Below are positions 1 to 11,488 of a stretch of DNA of 18,456 nt, one piece after another; the first letter of the stretch is position 1, and each line of letters starts with the position of its first letter. The notes beneath the pieces were generated by a model, which was given only the letters and a program-made list of their open reading frames with translations, ran no database searches and was not told the origin of the DNA. Both the position numbers and the translations under genes were made by a program. This stretch comes from a virus (taxonomy: Duplodnaviria; Heunggongvirae; Uroviricota; Caudoviricetes), in IMG/VR virus record IMGVR_UViG_2713896795_000004, positions 1 through 18,456 of that record; one strand, written 5' to 3'.

Positions 1-147
1 TCAAACACTCGCAAGCTCGTATTTGATCTTAGAAATAGATAACAACCAAACTTTGCCGAATTCCTCGCTATCGCTACGGAATCCCGCAAGCGTTCTCCCT
101 TCGCTTTGCTCGATCCAGTAGGTGTAGTTCTCATTACTACTATTCAT
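1..147 (-). CDS. hypothetical small protein (48 aa), uncertain
   Basis: Manual reverse-strand translation: ATG (complement of 145..147) to TGA (complement of 1..3), MNSSNENYTYWIEQSEGRTLAGFRSDSEEFGKVWLLSISKIKYELASV. GAGG motif 7 nt upstream of the ATG. Lies in the GC-richer left flank and is below the ORF-track size cut-off. No recognisable family. Confidence 0.2.
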   Translation of the reverse strand: MNSSNENYTYWIEQSEGRTLAGFRSDSEEFGKVWLLSISKIKYELASV

Positions 148-240
148 AGTGATTCCTCAAATATTCTGGGAGTTGGACGCGGCGACGAAGTGGAACGGGG
201 CGGCGGTGTCAGTCAGTACCGAACAATAAGGAAAAAGAAA

Positions 241-582
241 ATGAAATACATACACTCAATAATAAAAGATTGGGGATACAGTCATAACTATCACGATGCC
301 GTACTAAATCACTTTCCTAATCAGGGAATGTACATCTTTGCAAGTGGTGAACTATCTTTCATGTATGACTACTTCCATCATAGGTGGACTGAAAGAACTC
401 ATACAGAAGAAATAACACGTAAACTACTTACAGAGTTCACGGAAGAAATGATCTTTCAGGAATGTACATTATATGATGCAGAATTAGTTCAGAAGGTGCA
501 AAGAGAAATACTCAAACACCACAAAGGCCAAATCACTTATATATGGATACCAAATGAGAAACCTAAAAATCACATACAATAA
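241..582 (+). CDS. hypothetical protein (113 aa)
   Basis: Track ORF 106..582 begins at a TTG in GC-richer flank. The first ATG (241) follows AAGGA with about 10-nt spacing and coincides with the switch to AT-rich composition, so the start is placed at 241. No recognisable motifs. Confidence 0.45.
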   Translation: MKYIHSIIKDWGYSHNYHDAVLNHFPNQGMYIFASGELSFMYDYFHHRWTERTHTEEITRKLLTEFTEEMIFQECTLYDAELVQKVQREILKHHKGQITYIWIPNEKPKNHIQ

Positions 583-973
583 CCCACGAGGCTTGATATT
601 CAATGACCGAGTATTAGCCAGGCGTTATGCAGTCAACCGTAAAGGCATATTACTAAATAATACTATCAAATACGATCATCCCCCTGATTACTATCTAGGA
701 CTGAATGAGGCGGAATACTTCCAATTGTCCGTAGTGATGGGTGATCTGGACGAAATAATATTCATGTCAGACTGTATAATCAATGGAGTAAAAATCATGC
801 AAATAGAAATACTAAACAATAACCCACTAAATTTTAGAGCACGTATCAATGGTGGACTAGACTTATATATTCACCATAAAGATGGAGTTGTCGCAAGTCA
901 GAGAATCCCCAATATAGAGGCTATAAAGAGCTACGTAGCTGGTGGAATCCATAAGGACGTACAACGAACATAG
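554..973 (+). CDS. hypothetical protein (139 aa)
   Basis: ATG-initiated ORF overlapping the previous gene by 29 nt, suggesting translational coupling in one operon. No recognisable family. Confidence 0.45.
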   Translation: MRNLKITYNNPRGLIFNDRVLARRYAVNRKGILLNNTIKYDHPPDYYLGLNEAEYFQLSVVMGDLDEIIFMSDCIINGVKIMQIEILNNNPLNFRARINGGLDLYIHHKDGVVASQRIPNIEAIKSYVAGGIHKDVQRT

Positions 974-1442
974 AAGAGATTAAACGCATTCTAAGGGGCG
1001 GGCAGGACGTTATAGAGGAACTATCAGAAGATGAGAAACTACAGAAGAGTATCAATAAACATACTGATTCAATCGCTAAAGCAGCGAAAGCAAAAAAAAC
1101 ACGCAAGCCAAAAGCATAAAACAAAGAAGCCTCTCTACTGGTGGTTGTCTCATGCTGTAAATCGCCTGACAAATATTCATAGCTATATTGAGCATAAGGC
1201 ACACGCACACATAAAAGCGTATCTAAGGTAATTGATCGTCCGAATAATTACGGTACTGAATTTGAGTTCTCGAAACCAACCAACTATATCGGGGGTAATT
1301 TATAGTTTCATAGTTGCAGTAGTAGTTGGTGTACTATATGATTCTTTAGACGTACAAATAAAAATCCATTGATGAAGTATTGCAGTTTCAAAAAGAGTCT
1401 CAACAACTAATTCCTCACGGTAAATAACAGGAATAAGCCACA

Positions 1443-1972
<530 letters not shown>

Positions 1973-2038
1973 TAATGGAACGGTATTAATATGTTATGTG
2001 AAAGTTTAATAGTGGATTATGACAGTACTAATTACTGA

Positions 2039-2215
<177 letters not shown>

Positions 2216-2504
2216 TAATATATGAGATACTTTGAAGACCAAAAATTCACAATGGCAGTTGCGGTAAATAAGATTATTAAGGGAGTTTATGAGATTAAGA
2301 TGTTGTCTTTATCGATATAGACTTAGCAGGTGAAGCAGGAGACAAGCTAGATATACCTCCAAAGGAGGCAGAAACTATTTAGCTACTAAATGATTTAGTA
2401 CAAATTATAAAATAATAAGAAGAGGCTAAATTTTACTATTAATATTAAAATTAACTTGTAATATTAATAGAGATTATTCATTTAAAATAGTGAGAAATAT
2501 TTAT

Positions 2505-2574
2505 TAATGAGTAATGAGTAATGAGTAATGAGTAATGAGTAATGAGTAATGAGTAATGAGTAATGAGTAATGAG
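2505..2574. repeat. perfect heptanucleotide tandem repeat (TAATGAG)x10
   Basis: Read directly: ten uninterrupted copies of TAATGAG, 70 bp, in the non-coding region about 130 bp downstream of the 3' end of the OLD-like gene. Confidence 0.95.
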
Positions 2575-2662
2575 TATATATAAATAATGGATGTAATAAA
2601 GTAGATGTCATAAATGAGTTTTCTCTATATAATGTATAATTATCAAATTATATTTATTGTAT

Positions 2663-2690
2663 TATATGCCAGTACTAGTACTGGCATATA
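2663..2690. repeat. perfect 28-bp palindrome; possible bidirectional terminator or protein-binding site
   Basis: tatatgccagtactagtactggcatata is its own reverse complement. It sits 13 bp beyond the stop codon of the minus-strand OLD-like gene, flanked by A/T-rich sequence. Confidence 0.5.
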
Positions 2691-2702
2691 TGAATTTAAT
2701 AA

Positions 2703-4549
<1,847 letters not shown>

Positions 4550-4974
4550 TTATTTAATACCATTACCAGAGAGAGAATAAAAATAATATCTTCAAAACTG
4601 TGACATATGTTGTTCTTTTATGTTGATTGTTACATGGTTGATGGTTTTGTGTGTTGACTAATAGTTTTTCAGTAATTTATTTGATTAATATGACATATGG
4701 AAAAGTCATTGCGTACTGGGGTAAATACATCTTATAGAGTATTAATATGGTTTATTACTGTGAATACTGTAATGGAGTAAATCATTTATTTTCATTAGTA
4801 ATAGGTACTCCCGAAAATCTGGGTGATCGTGGAGTTTTCGCCGCGAATTATAAAAAATATCTATGAGATTTTTTTATAAGAACACGCAATATCAATAGCT
4901 AAAAGTAATAAGCACCGAAACATATATAAAATACCAATCAATTGAAAATGAATAAAAAGTGAATAGGAAATCAC

Positions 4975-5544
4975 ATGGCAAAAAATAAAGACGATGGAAC
5001 CCGTTACACATATACGGAAATTGCCGAAAGATTTGGCGTAGAAATTAGTACCGCTTCGCGTATCTGGTCTGGAAAAGGACTGGATATTAACTGGCCTAAA
5101 AAATTAGTGGATCAGTGGTTACTAGCGAACGTAATCGAACCTATGCGTAATGGCGATGTAAAAGGAATGATTCATAAAGCTACACTACGCAAACTAGAAG
5201 CAGAAGCAGACCTGAAAGAATTAGAACTACGTCAACAATCGGGTGAACTAATTCCCGTTGCAGTAGTACAGCAAACATTATCACAATACTTCTATCAATT
5301 AAGACAAGTATTAAGAAGTATTCCCACATCAAGTTATGTTGAACTATTTGAATCACAGGACGCATTAGAATTAAAAATTAAATTACAGGATAAAATAGAC
5401 CGCCAGTTAGAAGAGATTGGCAGCTATGAATATGAGGGAACATATGAAGAACAACTATCAGAAGATGATGAAGGTACTAACGAGGGCGGCGAAATCAATC
5501 CTACCACCGAAGAAACAACTACCAGCGGAATGGGTAGAGAATAA
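4975..5544 (+). CDS. terminase small subunit (Nu1-like, N-terminal HTH), 189 aa
   Basis: N-terminal HTH-like segment YTYTEIAERFGVEISTASRIW, coiled-coil middle, acidic C-terminus. Sits immediately upstream of and overlapping the large terminase. AGGAAA before the ATG. Confidence 0.6.
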   Translation: MAKNKDDGTRYTYTEIAERFGVEISTASRIWSGKGLDINWPKKLVDQWLLANVIEPMRNGDVKGMIHKATLRKLEAEADLKELELRQQSGELIPVAVVQQTLSQYFYQLRQVLRSIPTSSYVELFESQDALELKIKLQDKIDRQLEEIGSYEYEGTYEEQLSEDDEGTNEGGEINPTTEETTTSGMGRE

Positions 5545-7345
5545 CCTAGTCTTCCCAGACGGCGAGCTACAGGGGCAAAGGGTCAAATTATTTGAGTTCC
5601 AAAAAAAGCCCTTGAATGACATAGTAAATCCCCGTATTCGTAAAGTGGTACTCATGAGTAGTGCTCAACTTCTCAAAACAACTGTACTTCAGAATAGTAT
5701 GTACTACTTCCTGGCAAATGATCCAAGTAACATGATCTTTGCGGGTGCAACTGGCGGTACTACAAGTAAGTTCCGTACTGGTAAATGGCAGGCAGTCATA
5801 GAGGCATGTTCGGTACTAAAGAATCTAGTAAGTAATAAGAATGATAAGAACTTTACTAATAACGATAAGACACAACAAAATTTAGATGGTACTTTTACTT
5901 ACTTTCTAACATTGGGTAGTAGTGCACAACTTCGCGGCCTGACAGCACCTCGCATATTTCTTGATGAAATATCCAACGTGGACGCGAGCGGGGATGAAGG
6001 CAACCCCCTGAAGCTAGCAGAACAGCGTACAAAGGCTTTTAGTAATCCCCTTATTATGTGTTGTTCTACTCCCCTTGATGAACATGACCTGATTACACAA
6101 CAGTACGAACAAAGTAATAAACAGAAGTTTTATGTACCGTGTCCACACTGTAACCACTCTCACGAATTAGTTTTTGAAAACGTTAAGTTTGACTGGAAGA
6201 TTATAGAAGGCGGTCGCCGCCGTATTCCTGATGCCGACACTGCAAGGCTAGAATGTCCAAAGTGTAGTAATGAAATCACAGAAGCCGAACGTGTACGAAT
6301 GATTCGTAAAGGAGAATGGATTGCAACAGCACCAGAGATTAAGGATATAGCTGGCTATCATGTCTCCCGCTTGTACTCTCCTATCAACTCTATCAAATCA
6401 ATTGTTGCCGACTTTGCCGAAGCACATTATACATTTGACCTGGCATCATTCTATAACAACGTATTAGGACTGCCATATATTGATAAAGAGAATAGCGAGC
6501 ATGACTTAGTATTATTAGAGAATCTAAGAGATAGTGAAATTGATATTGAAAATATACCAGATGATGTACTAGGGATCGTAATGGGCGTGGACCAGCAGCT
6601 TGATAGGTTGGAAATAAGCACACTAGGAGTAAGTGAAAAGAATCTATATGTACTTGATCACCGTAGTATCTACTCAATTGACTGTACTAAAATCGAAGCC
6701 CCAGCATGGAATAAGTTAACGGCCTTTGCAAATCATCCATTTAAAACACGTTCAGGTAAACCATTGAAGGTACTAGCCGGATTTGTCGATAGTTCAAACG
6801 GCAACGCAACCAGTACCGTGTACCGTTATTGCTCTAACTCTACTATCTTTAAACCTATCAAGGGTGGTACATCAAATACTAACCCACTATTCAAAGGTAG
6901 TACGGCTGGTGGTCACTCCCTGATTAACCTTAACCTTAACGTTAACTTAGGCAAGACTAACGTTAGACAGTTATTAAACCGTGCTGTATCAGATAATGAA
7001 AATAGTAAGGAAGTACAGATTCACTTTAGCCATTCAGTACCAGATGATTACTTTATTCAGGTTACATCAGAGAAGCGAGTAATAAAGGCTGGGGCGTGGG
7101 TATGGGTGAAGAAGATTAGTAGTGCACGTAATGAAACCTTAGACTGTTTAAACTATGCATTAATATGTTTCCAGTGGTATCTATCTAAGTTAGGTAGTCA
7201 ACCATACCGCCAGTTAAGGGAATATAACGCTAAACAAAAAGAGAAAGCAGGACTAAATAAAGAAGTAAATACAGAAGAAGCACCAACTAAGCCAACTCCT
7301 AAGCGAGTAATAAGGCCGCGTAAGGGTGGTGGTTTCTTTAAATAA
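5417..7345 (+). CDS. terminase large subunit, lambda GpA family
   Basis: Recalled similarity to lambda gpA: PAEWVENNLVFP...FEFQKKPLN versus lambda TAVEWADANYYLP...LPFQRAIMN; Cys/His cluster YVPCPHCNHSHEL...CPKC versus lambda HVACPHCGEE; GVDQQLDRLEI versus GIDSQLDRYEM. The track start at 5417 is TTG; in-frame ATGs at 5426, 5432, 5444 and 5465 are alternatives, so the start is uncertain and overlaps the terS 3' end. Confidence 0.85.
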   Translation: MAAMNMREHMKNNYQKMMKVLTRAAKSILPPKKQLPAEWVENNLVFPDGELQGQRVKLFEFQKKPLNDIVNPRIRKVVLMSSAQLLKTTVLQNSMYYFLANDPSNMIFAGATGGTTSKFRTGKWQAVIEACSVLKNLVSNKNDKNFTNNDKTQQNLDGTFTYFLTLGSSAQLRGLTAPRIFLDEISNVDASGDEGNPLKLAEQRTKAFSNPLIMCCSTPLDEHDLITQQYEQSNKQKFYVPCPHCNHSHELVFENVKFDWKIIEGGRRRIPDADTARLECPKCSNEITEAERVRMIRKGEWIATAPEIKDIAGYHVSRLYSPINSIKSIVADFAEAHYTFDLASFYNNVLGLPYIDKENSEHDLVLLENLRDSEIDIENIPDDVLGIVMGVDQQLDRLEISTLGVSEKNLYVLDHRSIYSIDCTKIEAPAWNKLTAFANHPFKTRSGKPLKVLAGFVDSSNGNATSTVYRYCSNSTIFKPIKGGTSNTNPLFKGSTAGGHSLINLNLNVNLGKTNVRQLLNRAVSDNENSKEVQIHFSHSVPDDYFIQVTSEKRVIKAGAWVWVKKISSARNETLDCLNYALICFQWYLSKLGSQPYRQLREYNAKQKEKAGLNKEVNTEEAPTKPTPKRVIRPRKGGGFFK

Positions 7346-7356
7346 GGAAAAATAAA

Positions 7357-7848
7357 ATGGCAATAGTTCGCAAAGTAACCCTAAGAGGCGATATCTTTAA
7401 AGGCGAGACTATTACATTCGACTACCCCGCAGGATCGGAAATTGATTTGATTGATCCTAACGGGGTAAAGACTTCATACACATACCCTTTCCCAGCTATT
7501 GATACTAGTAACTGGGATGCAGGTGTCTGGACTGCAATTATTAACAGTACCGTAGCGTATGGCGTACAACAATTCGAAGTAATAGATCCAACTTCAAAGG
7601 CGTCCGAATATAACGACCTGATGCAAATCATTAAAGATATTGATCAGATCATCATGGACAGAATTAAAGGCGGTGGTGTACTAAGTCAATCAATCCAAAA
7701 TAAATCATTAACATATGAAAGTAGTGAAATACTTATGAAGTTACGCCCTGTTTATGTCAGTCGTGCAAATGATTTACTTTCGGATATGAAAGGCTTTAAT
7801 ACTGGATGCCCTATTAAATCAATTACTACATTTAGGAGATCTCGTTAA
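7357..7848 (+). CDS. hypothetical protein between terminase and portal (163 aa); possible head-completion or accessory head protein
   Basis: AAGGA RBS and ATG start; its stop overlaps the portal start (TAATG). Function inferred from position only (lambda has gpW at the equivalent place). Confidence 0.45.
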   Translation: MAIVRKVTLRGDIFKGETITFDYPAGSEIDLIDPNGVKTSYTYPFPAIDTSNWDAGVWTAIINSTVAYGVQQFEVIDPTSKASEYNDLMQIIKDIDQIIMDRIKGGGVLSQSIQNKSLTYESSEILMKLRPVYVSRANDLLSDMKGFNTGCPIKSITTFRRSR

Positions 7849-9350
7849 TGTTCGGATGGAATAAAAAGAAAGTAGAAGAACCTAAACAAAAAGTTTTAGT
7901 ACAGAAGCCAGTGAAGCTAATGAAGAACAACCCTATGAAGCGTGCAATGTCTTCCCTGAATCTAGGATCTTCTAGTCCTGTTATCTCCTTTGGTTTCACG
8001 GGTGGTAATCAGGCAGGTAATATTAACGCCATCATTAACCGTACTCTACCTGTTATGGTTGCCGTGAGTCGTGAACTCTCGATTAAGAATGGTATTGTTA
8101 AGAAATATGTTTCTACTAACTCAGCAGGTGTAACAGGTGCGGATGGCCTATACATTCGTCCATGTACTCACTCTTCTGATAGTGAACAGGTTAACCAGTC
8201 AATCGATAAACAATTAGAAGATGCCTTCTATGCATGGGCGGAAGATCCTAAAGCCTTTTCACGTTGCGGTACTCTGGATATTAGTACCTTCCAACGTCTA
8301 GTAGAACGTACTCGTTCAGTAGATGGAGATTGTTTCATTCGTATTCACACTAAACCAGGTGAACTACCACAGGTTGAGATCATCGATTCAATGCGTATCT
8401 CTACCTATGAGAACCAGCTACTACCATCAGGTAACTATATTAGTAATGGTATCGAATTTGATATTAATACTAACCGTCCTGTAGCGTACTGGGTAACACG
8501 TTATAACCCTATCATGTATAACTATATGATTGGAGAACGTGAACGCGTACCAGCAGATGAAATTCTACACCTGTTTCAACAGGACTACCCAACGCAGCAA
8601 CGCGGGATACCTGATGTACATTCCGGTACTGAAAAGTTAAAAGAGCTAGAAGAGTTTATGTCAGCGGCAATTACTTCCCGTAAGGTTGCAGCGTCCGCAA
8701 TGGCATTTATCACTAATCCAGATAGTGACGATGTTCAGCTACTGACTGATGACAGTGTTTCGTACTATGATCAAGACTATCTAAATCCGGCTGCAATCGT
8801 AGAACTACAAGCAGGACAAGATATTAAAACAGTAAACCCAACTCAAACCACAGATGGAATTGATGAGTTTATTAATAACCAATTAATGATGATTGCAATG
8901 GGCTTGGATATTACAAAACAATCACTAACATCAGATACTAGTAATGCTTCATTCAGTGCAGCAAAACTGACTGATAAATTACAACAATCAACATTTAAAA
9001 GCCGCACTAATGCTTTAATTGTTTCGGTACTAAAACCTCTTTATATTGCATGGCTAAAATCTGCAATGCTAAATAGTAGTACGTTAAGCAATTTAAATTT
9101 TAGTGATTTTAATAAATTAACCCATGCACAATATGTACAGACTCGTCAAATCTCCCTTGATCCATTAAAAGACCTTCAAACCGAAGTATTAGCAATTGAT
9201 AACGGTTTAAAGAGTAAGGCAATGGTAATTTCAGAGATGGGATACGATCCTGTTATCGTCATGGAAGAGATAAAAAAGGAAAACAAGGAAAATGGAATTG
9301 AACCTGAACAAGAACCAGATGAGGGCGATCAATCTAACGCAGATCAATAA
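7848..9350 (+). CDS. portal protein (lambda gpB-like), 500 aa
   Basis: Canonical position after the large terminase, appropriate size, AGGAGA RBS. Weak recalled similarity to the lambda gpB region around ...NPAAIVELQAGQDIKTV...MIAMGLDITKQSL. Acidic C-terminal tail. Confidence 0.7.
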   Translation: MFGWNKKKVEEPKQKVLVQKPVKLMKNNPMKRAMSSLNLGSSSPVISFGFTGGNQAGNINAIINRTLPVMVAVSRELSIKNGIVKKYVSTNSAGVTGADGLYIRPCTHSSDSEQVNQSIDKQLEDAFYAWAEDPKAFSRCGTLDISTFQRLVERTRSVDGDCFIRIHTKPGELPQVEIIDSMRISTYENQLLPSGNYISNGIEFDINTNRPVAYWVTRYNPIMYNYMIGERERVPADEILHLFQQDYPTQQRGIPDVHSGTEKLKELEEFMSAAITSRKVAASAMAFITNPDSDDVQLLTDDSVSYYDQDYLNPAAIVELQAGQDIKTVNPTQTTDGIDEFINNQLMMIAMGLDITKQSLTSDTSNASFSAAKLTDKLQQSTFKSRTNALIVSVLKPLYIAWLKSAMLNSSTLSNLNFSDFNKLTHAQYVQTRQISLDPLKDLQTEVLAIDNGLKSKAMVISEMGYDPVIVMEEIKKENKENGIEPEQEPDEGDQSNADQ

Positions 9351-11154
9351 TGCAATTGATGAAGCTGATAGAACTGTAGAACTCTCCTTTGCCTCAGAAA
9401 TTCCAGTAGTACGCGACATTAAAGGGACTCTCTATAATGAGATCCTTTTATGCAGTCCTGAAAACGTAGACTTAAGCCGTCTTAATGACGGTGCACCTGT
9501 ACTAGTAGAACATGATGCAATGCGTCAAGTTGGTATAGTTGAGAATGCTCGCGTAGATATGGATAAAGTTTGCCGTGCTACTGTACGTTTTAGTGCACTT
9601 GGAACAGCAAATACTATCTTCGGTATGATCTTAGAAGGTATTCGCCCTAAAGTGTCCGTAGGTTATAACATCTTAGATTATCGTATTGATGGTAATAACC
9701 TAATTGTTTCAAAATGGGAACCCTATGAAATATCCAGTGTTTCGCAGCCAGCGGACAACTCAGTTGGGGTGGGAAGATCACTAAATAGTAATGAAGAAAT
9801 CACACTAGAGGATCTACCCAAAATGGAGCAAGAACAAAAAGAAGAACTAGTACAGGAAGTTGAAGTTATTAAGGAAGTACAGGAAGAAGAAGTACAAGCC
9901 GAAGTAATCGAAGAAGAAGTAGTAGTTCAGGAAGAATCAGTAGAAGTAGTAGAAGAACCGGAAGTAATTGAGGAAGTACAGGAAGTACAACCTGAATTAG
10001 TAGAAGAACGTTCTATTGCAATTACTGATATTCAAGAAAGCATAAATAAAGAAGTAGAAGCAAATCGTATTCGCGAACTTCAATCTATTTCTTTGGTACT
10101 AGGTGTTAGTACAGAAGAAGCAATTAACAACGGTGTAAGCGTAGAAGACTTTAAACGCTCACTAAATAAAGATAATAAATCAATTGATAAGGATATCAAA
10201 AAAATGGAAAAGAAATCTCTAATTAACGAAGGTCTACGTAGTCTAAAAGGTGAAACTCATGATCTAGAAACCTTCGAAAAAGGTGCACGCGGTTATAATG
10301 CAGACCTAAACGCTATGGTACGTTCTACCGCTGATACTACTTCTACTGTAACCGCAGCAGGTCTAGTAAAAGAAGAACTAGCAGACGCGTATATTCGTCA
10401 ACTACTCGCAGCTACTGTACTGGGCCAACTAGATGTAACTGTTTTTGGTGGCCTAGCGGGACGCGGCAATTTCTCTATCCCACGTGCTAAAGGTATGAAC
10501 CCAGCAGCTAAGTTTTACAATGAAGATGAAGCAGTATCCGACGGCTTCGAAACCTTCGATAAGATCACTCTAAAGCCTCGCATGTTCGCAGCAGGTATCA
10601 AGATCACTAAAGCAATGCTACTAAGCAACGCAGCTACCGAACGTTATGTTACCGACGAGCTATTACGCCAATGTTCTAACGGTCTAGAGTCCGCAGTATT
10701 TGCACAAATCGCTACTACTGTACCAGTACAGCAAACCGCTGTATCCGGTCAAGTATCCGAAGCAGACGTACAGAAAGCTATCGAAGCTATCTCCGCGAAA
10801 AACGTTGATATCAATCGTTGTGTTGCTATCGTGCATCCTTCTATGCTCGCTAAACTACGTCAAACCGCGGTATTGAATAACACCGCAGCAGTTGCAATGG
10901 TAGCTGGTCATCGTTATGACATGTGGCTAAACGACGAAGTACGCGTAATTGAATCTACTTTCGTAGCAGCAGATACTATTCTAATTGGTGACTTCTCTGA
11001 ACTAATTTTCGCTAACTGGAACGAAGGTCAAGAACTAGATTTTGATGATACTACTTACCGTGCAGCACAAACTATCGCTATCAGAAGTTTTCAGTACCTC
11101 GACGTAGCTATTGCACACGAAGAAGGATTTGTACTACTACAACTAAAACCATAA
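9292..11154 (+). CDS. fused prohead protease / acidic scaffold-like linker / HK97-fold major capsid protein (620 aa)
   Basis: N-terminal domain with candidate catalytic His in LVEHD (His74, nt 9511..9513) and Ser-containing segments. Acidic E/V/Q-rich repeat linker (aa 178-240). C-terminal domain with HK97-type MCP pattern: VAIVHPSMLAKL...MWLNDEVRVIESTFVAADTILIGDFSE compared with recalled HK97 gp5 IVLNPRDWHNI...MWGLPVVPT...FTVGGFD. Start may instead be the ATG at 9319. Confidence 0.7.
   Translation: MELNLNKNQMRAINLTQINNAIDEADRTVELSFASEIPVVRDIKGTLYNEILLCSPENVDLSRLNDGAPVLVEHDAMRQVGIVENARVDMDKVCRATVRFSALGTANTIFGMILEGIRPKVSVGYNILDYRIDGNNLIVSKWEPYEISSVSQPADNSVGVGRSLNSNEEITLEDLPKMEQEQKEELVQEVEVIKEVQEEEVQAEVIEEEVVVQEESVEVVEEPEVIEEVQEVQPELVEERSIAITDIQESINKEVEANRIRELQSISLVLGVSTEEAINNGVSVEDFKRSLNKDNKSIDKDIKKMEKKSLINEGLRSLKGETHDLETFEKGARGYNADLNAMVRSTADTTSTVTAAGLVKEELADAYIRQLLAATVLGQLDVTVFGGLAGRGNFSIPRAKGMNPAAKFYNEDEAVSDGFETFDKITLKPRMFAAGIKITKAMLLSNAATERYVTDELLRQCSNGLESAVFAQIATTVPVQQTAVSGQVSEADVQKAIEAISAKNVDINRCVAIVHPSMLAKLRQTAVLNNTAAVAMVAGHRYDMWLNDEVRVIESTFVAADTILIGDFSELIFANWNEGQELDFDDTTYRAAQTIAIRSFQYLDVAIAHEEGFVLLQLKP
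9823..10011. repeat. low-complexity acidic coding repeat (GAAGAA/GTAGAA-rich) inside the capsid ORF
   Basis: Translates to MEQEQKEELVQEVEVIKEVQEEEVQAEVIEEEVVVQEESVEVVEEPEVIEEVQEVQPELVEE; the DNA is built from imperfect gaagta/gaagaa units. Confidence 0.7.
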
Positions 11155-11166
11155 GGTACTTTCACT

Positions 11167-11487
11167 ATGAGGCATTTTACTAGCAATCAAATTGATTCTA
11201 CTTTTCTAAATGCCTTTGGTGAACCTATCACAATTAACGGGGCGACGTTCAAAGCTATTTTGGACAATCGCCCCGTAGTCATAGATAGCGGTACTGAAGG
11301 ACTAGTAGAAAGTACAGAAACATTTCTATCAGTGAAGACTGACGATCTAACTACTTTCAGTATCGCAATTGATTCCGAAGTAGTAGTACAGGGTACAAAT
11401 TACACTGTATACAATATCTATAATGATTTGAGCGGTATTTGTGAAGTTTACATAAGACCATCAACAATTAATAATTACGGGTGGTAA
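11167..11487 (+). CDS. hypothetical protein (106 aa); head-tail connector/adaptor candidate by position
   Basis: ATG ORF directly after the capsid gene, in the size range of HK97-like head-tail connector proteins. No motif evidence. Confidence 0.4.
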   Translation: MRHFTSNQIDSTFLNAFGEPITINGATFKAILDNRPVVIDSGTEGLVESTETFLSVKTDDLTTFSIAIDSEVVVQGTNYTVYNIYNDLSGICEVYIRPSTINNYGW

Positions 11488-11488
11488 T

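Noticed and set aside
106-240. 5' extension of track ORF 106..582 starting at TTG
   Set aside because: The extension lies in GC-richer flank, translates to an implausible Gly/Arg-rich leader, and a good RBS-ATG pair exists at 241; the gene was called from 241.
921-1231. Track ORFs 921..1208 (-) and 1031..1231 (+) in the gap between cargo genes
   Set aside because: They overlap each other antisense, are low-complexity and basic (K/R/S-rich), and lack convincing RBS context. Most likely chance ORFs in AT-rich intergenic DNA.
2505-2574. Possible CRISPR array
   Set aside because: The unit is only 7 bp and strictly tandem with no spacers; it is a microsatellite-type repeat, not CRISPR.
5180-7631. 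Minus-strand track ORFs 5180..5365, 5458..5655, 6393..6677 and 7422..7631
   Set aside because: Antisense to the terminase and adjacent genes; shadow ORFs.
9231-9419. Minus-strand track ORF across the portal / capsid-fusion junction
   Set aside because: Antisense shadow ORF inside tightly packed coding sequence.
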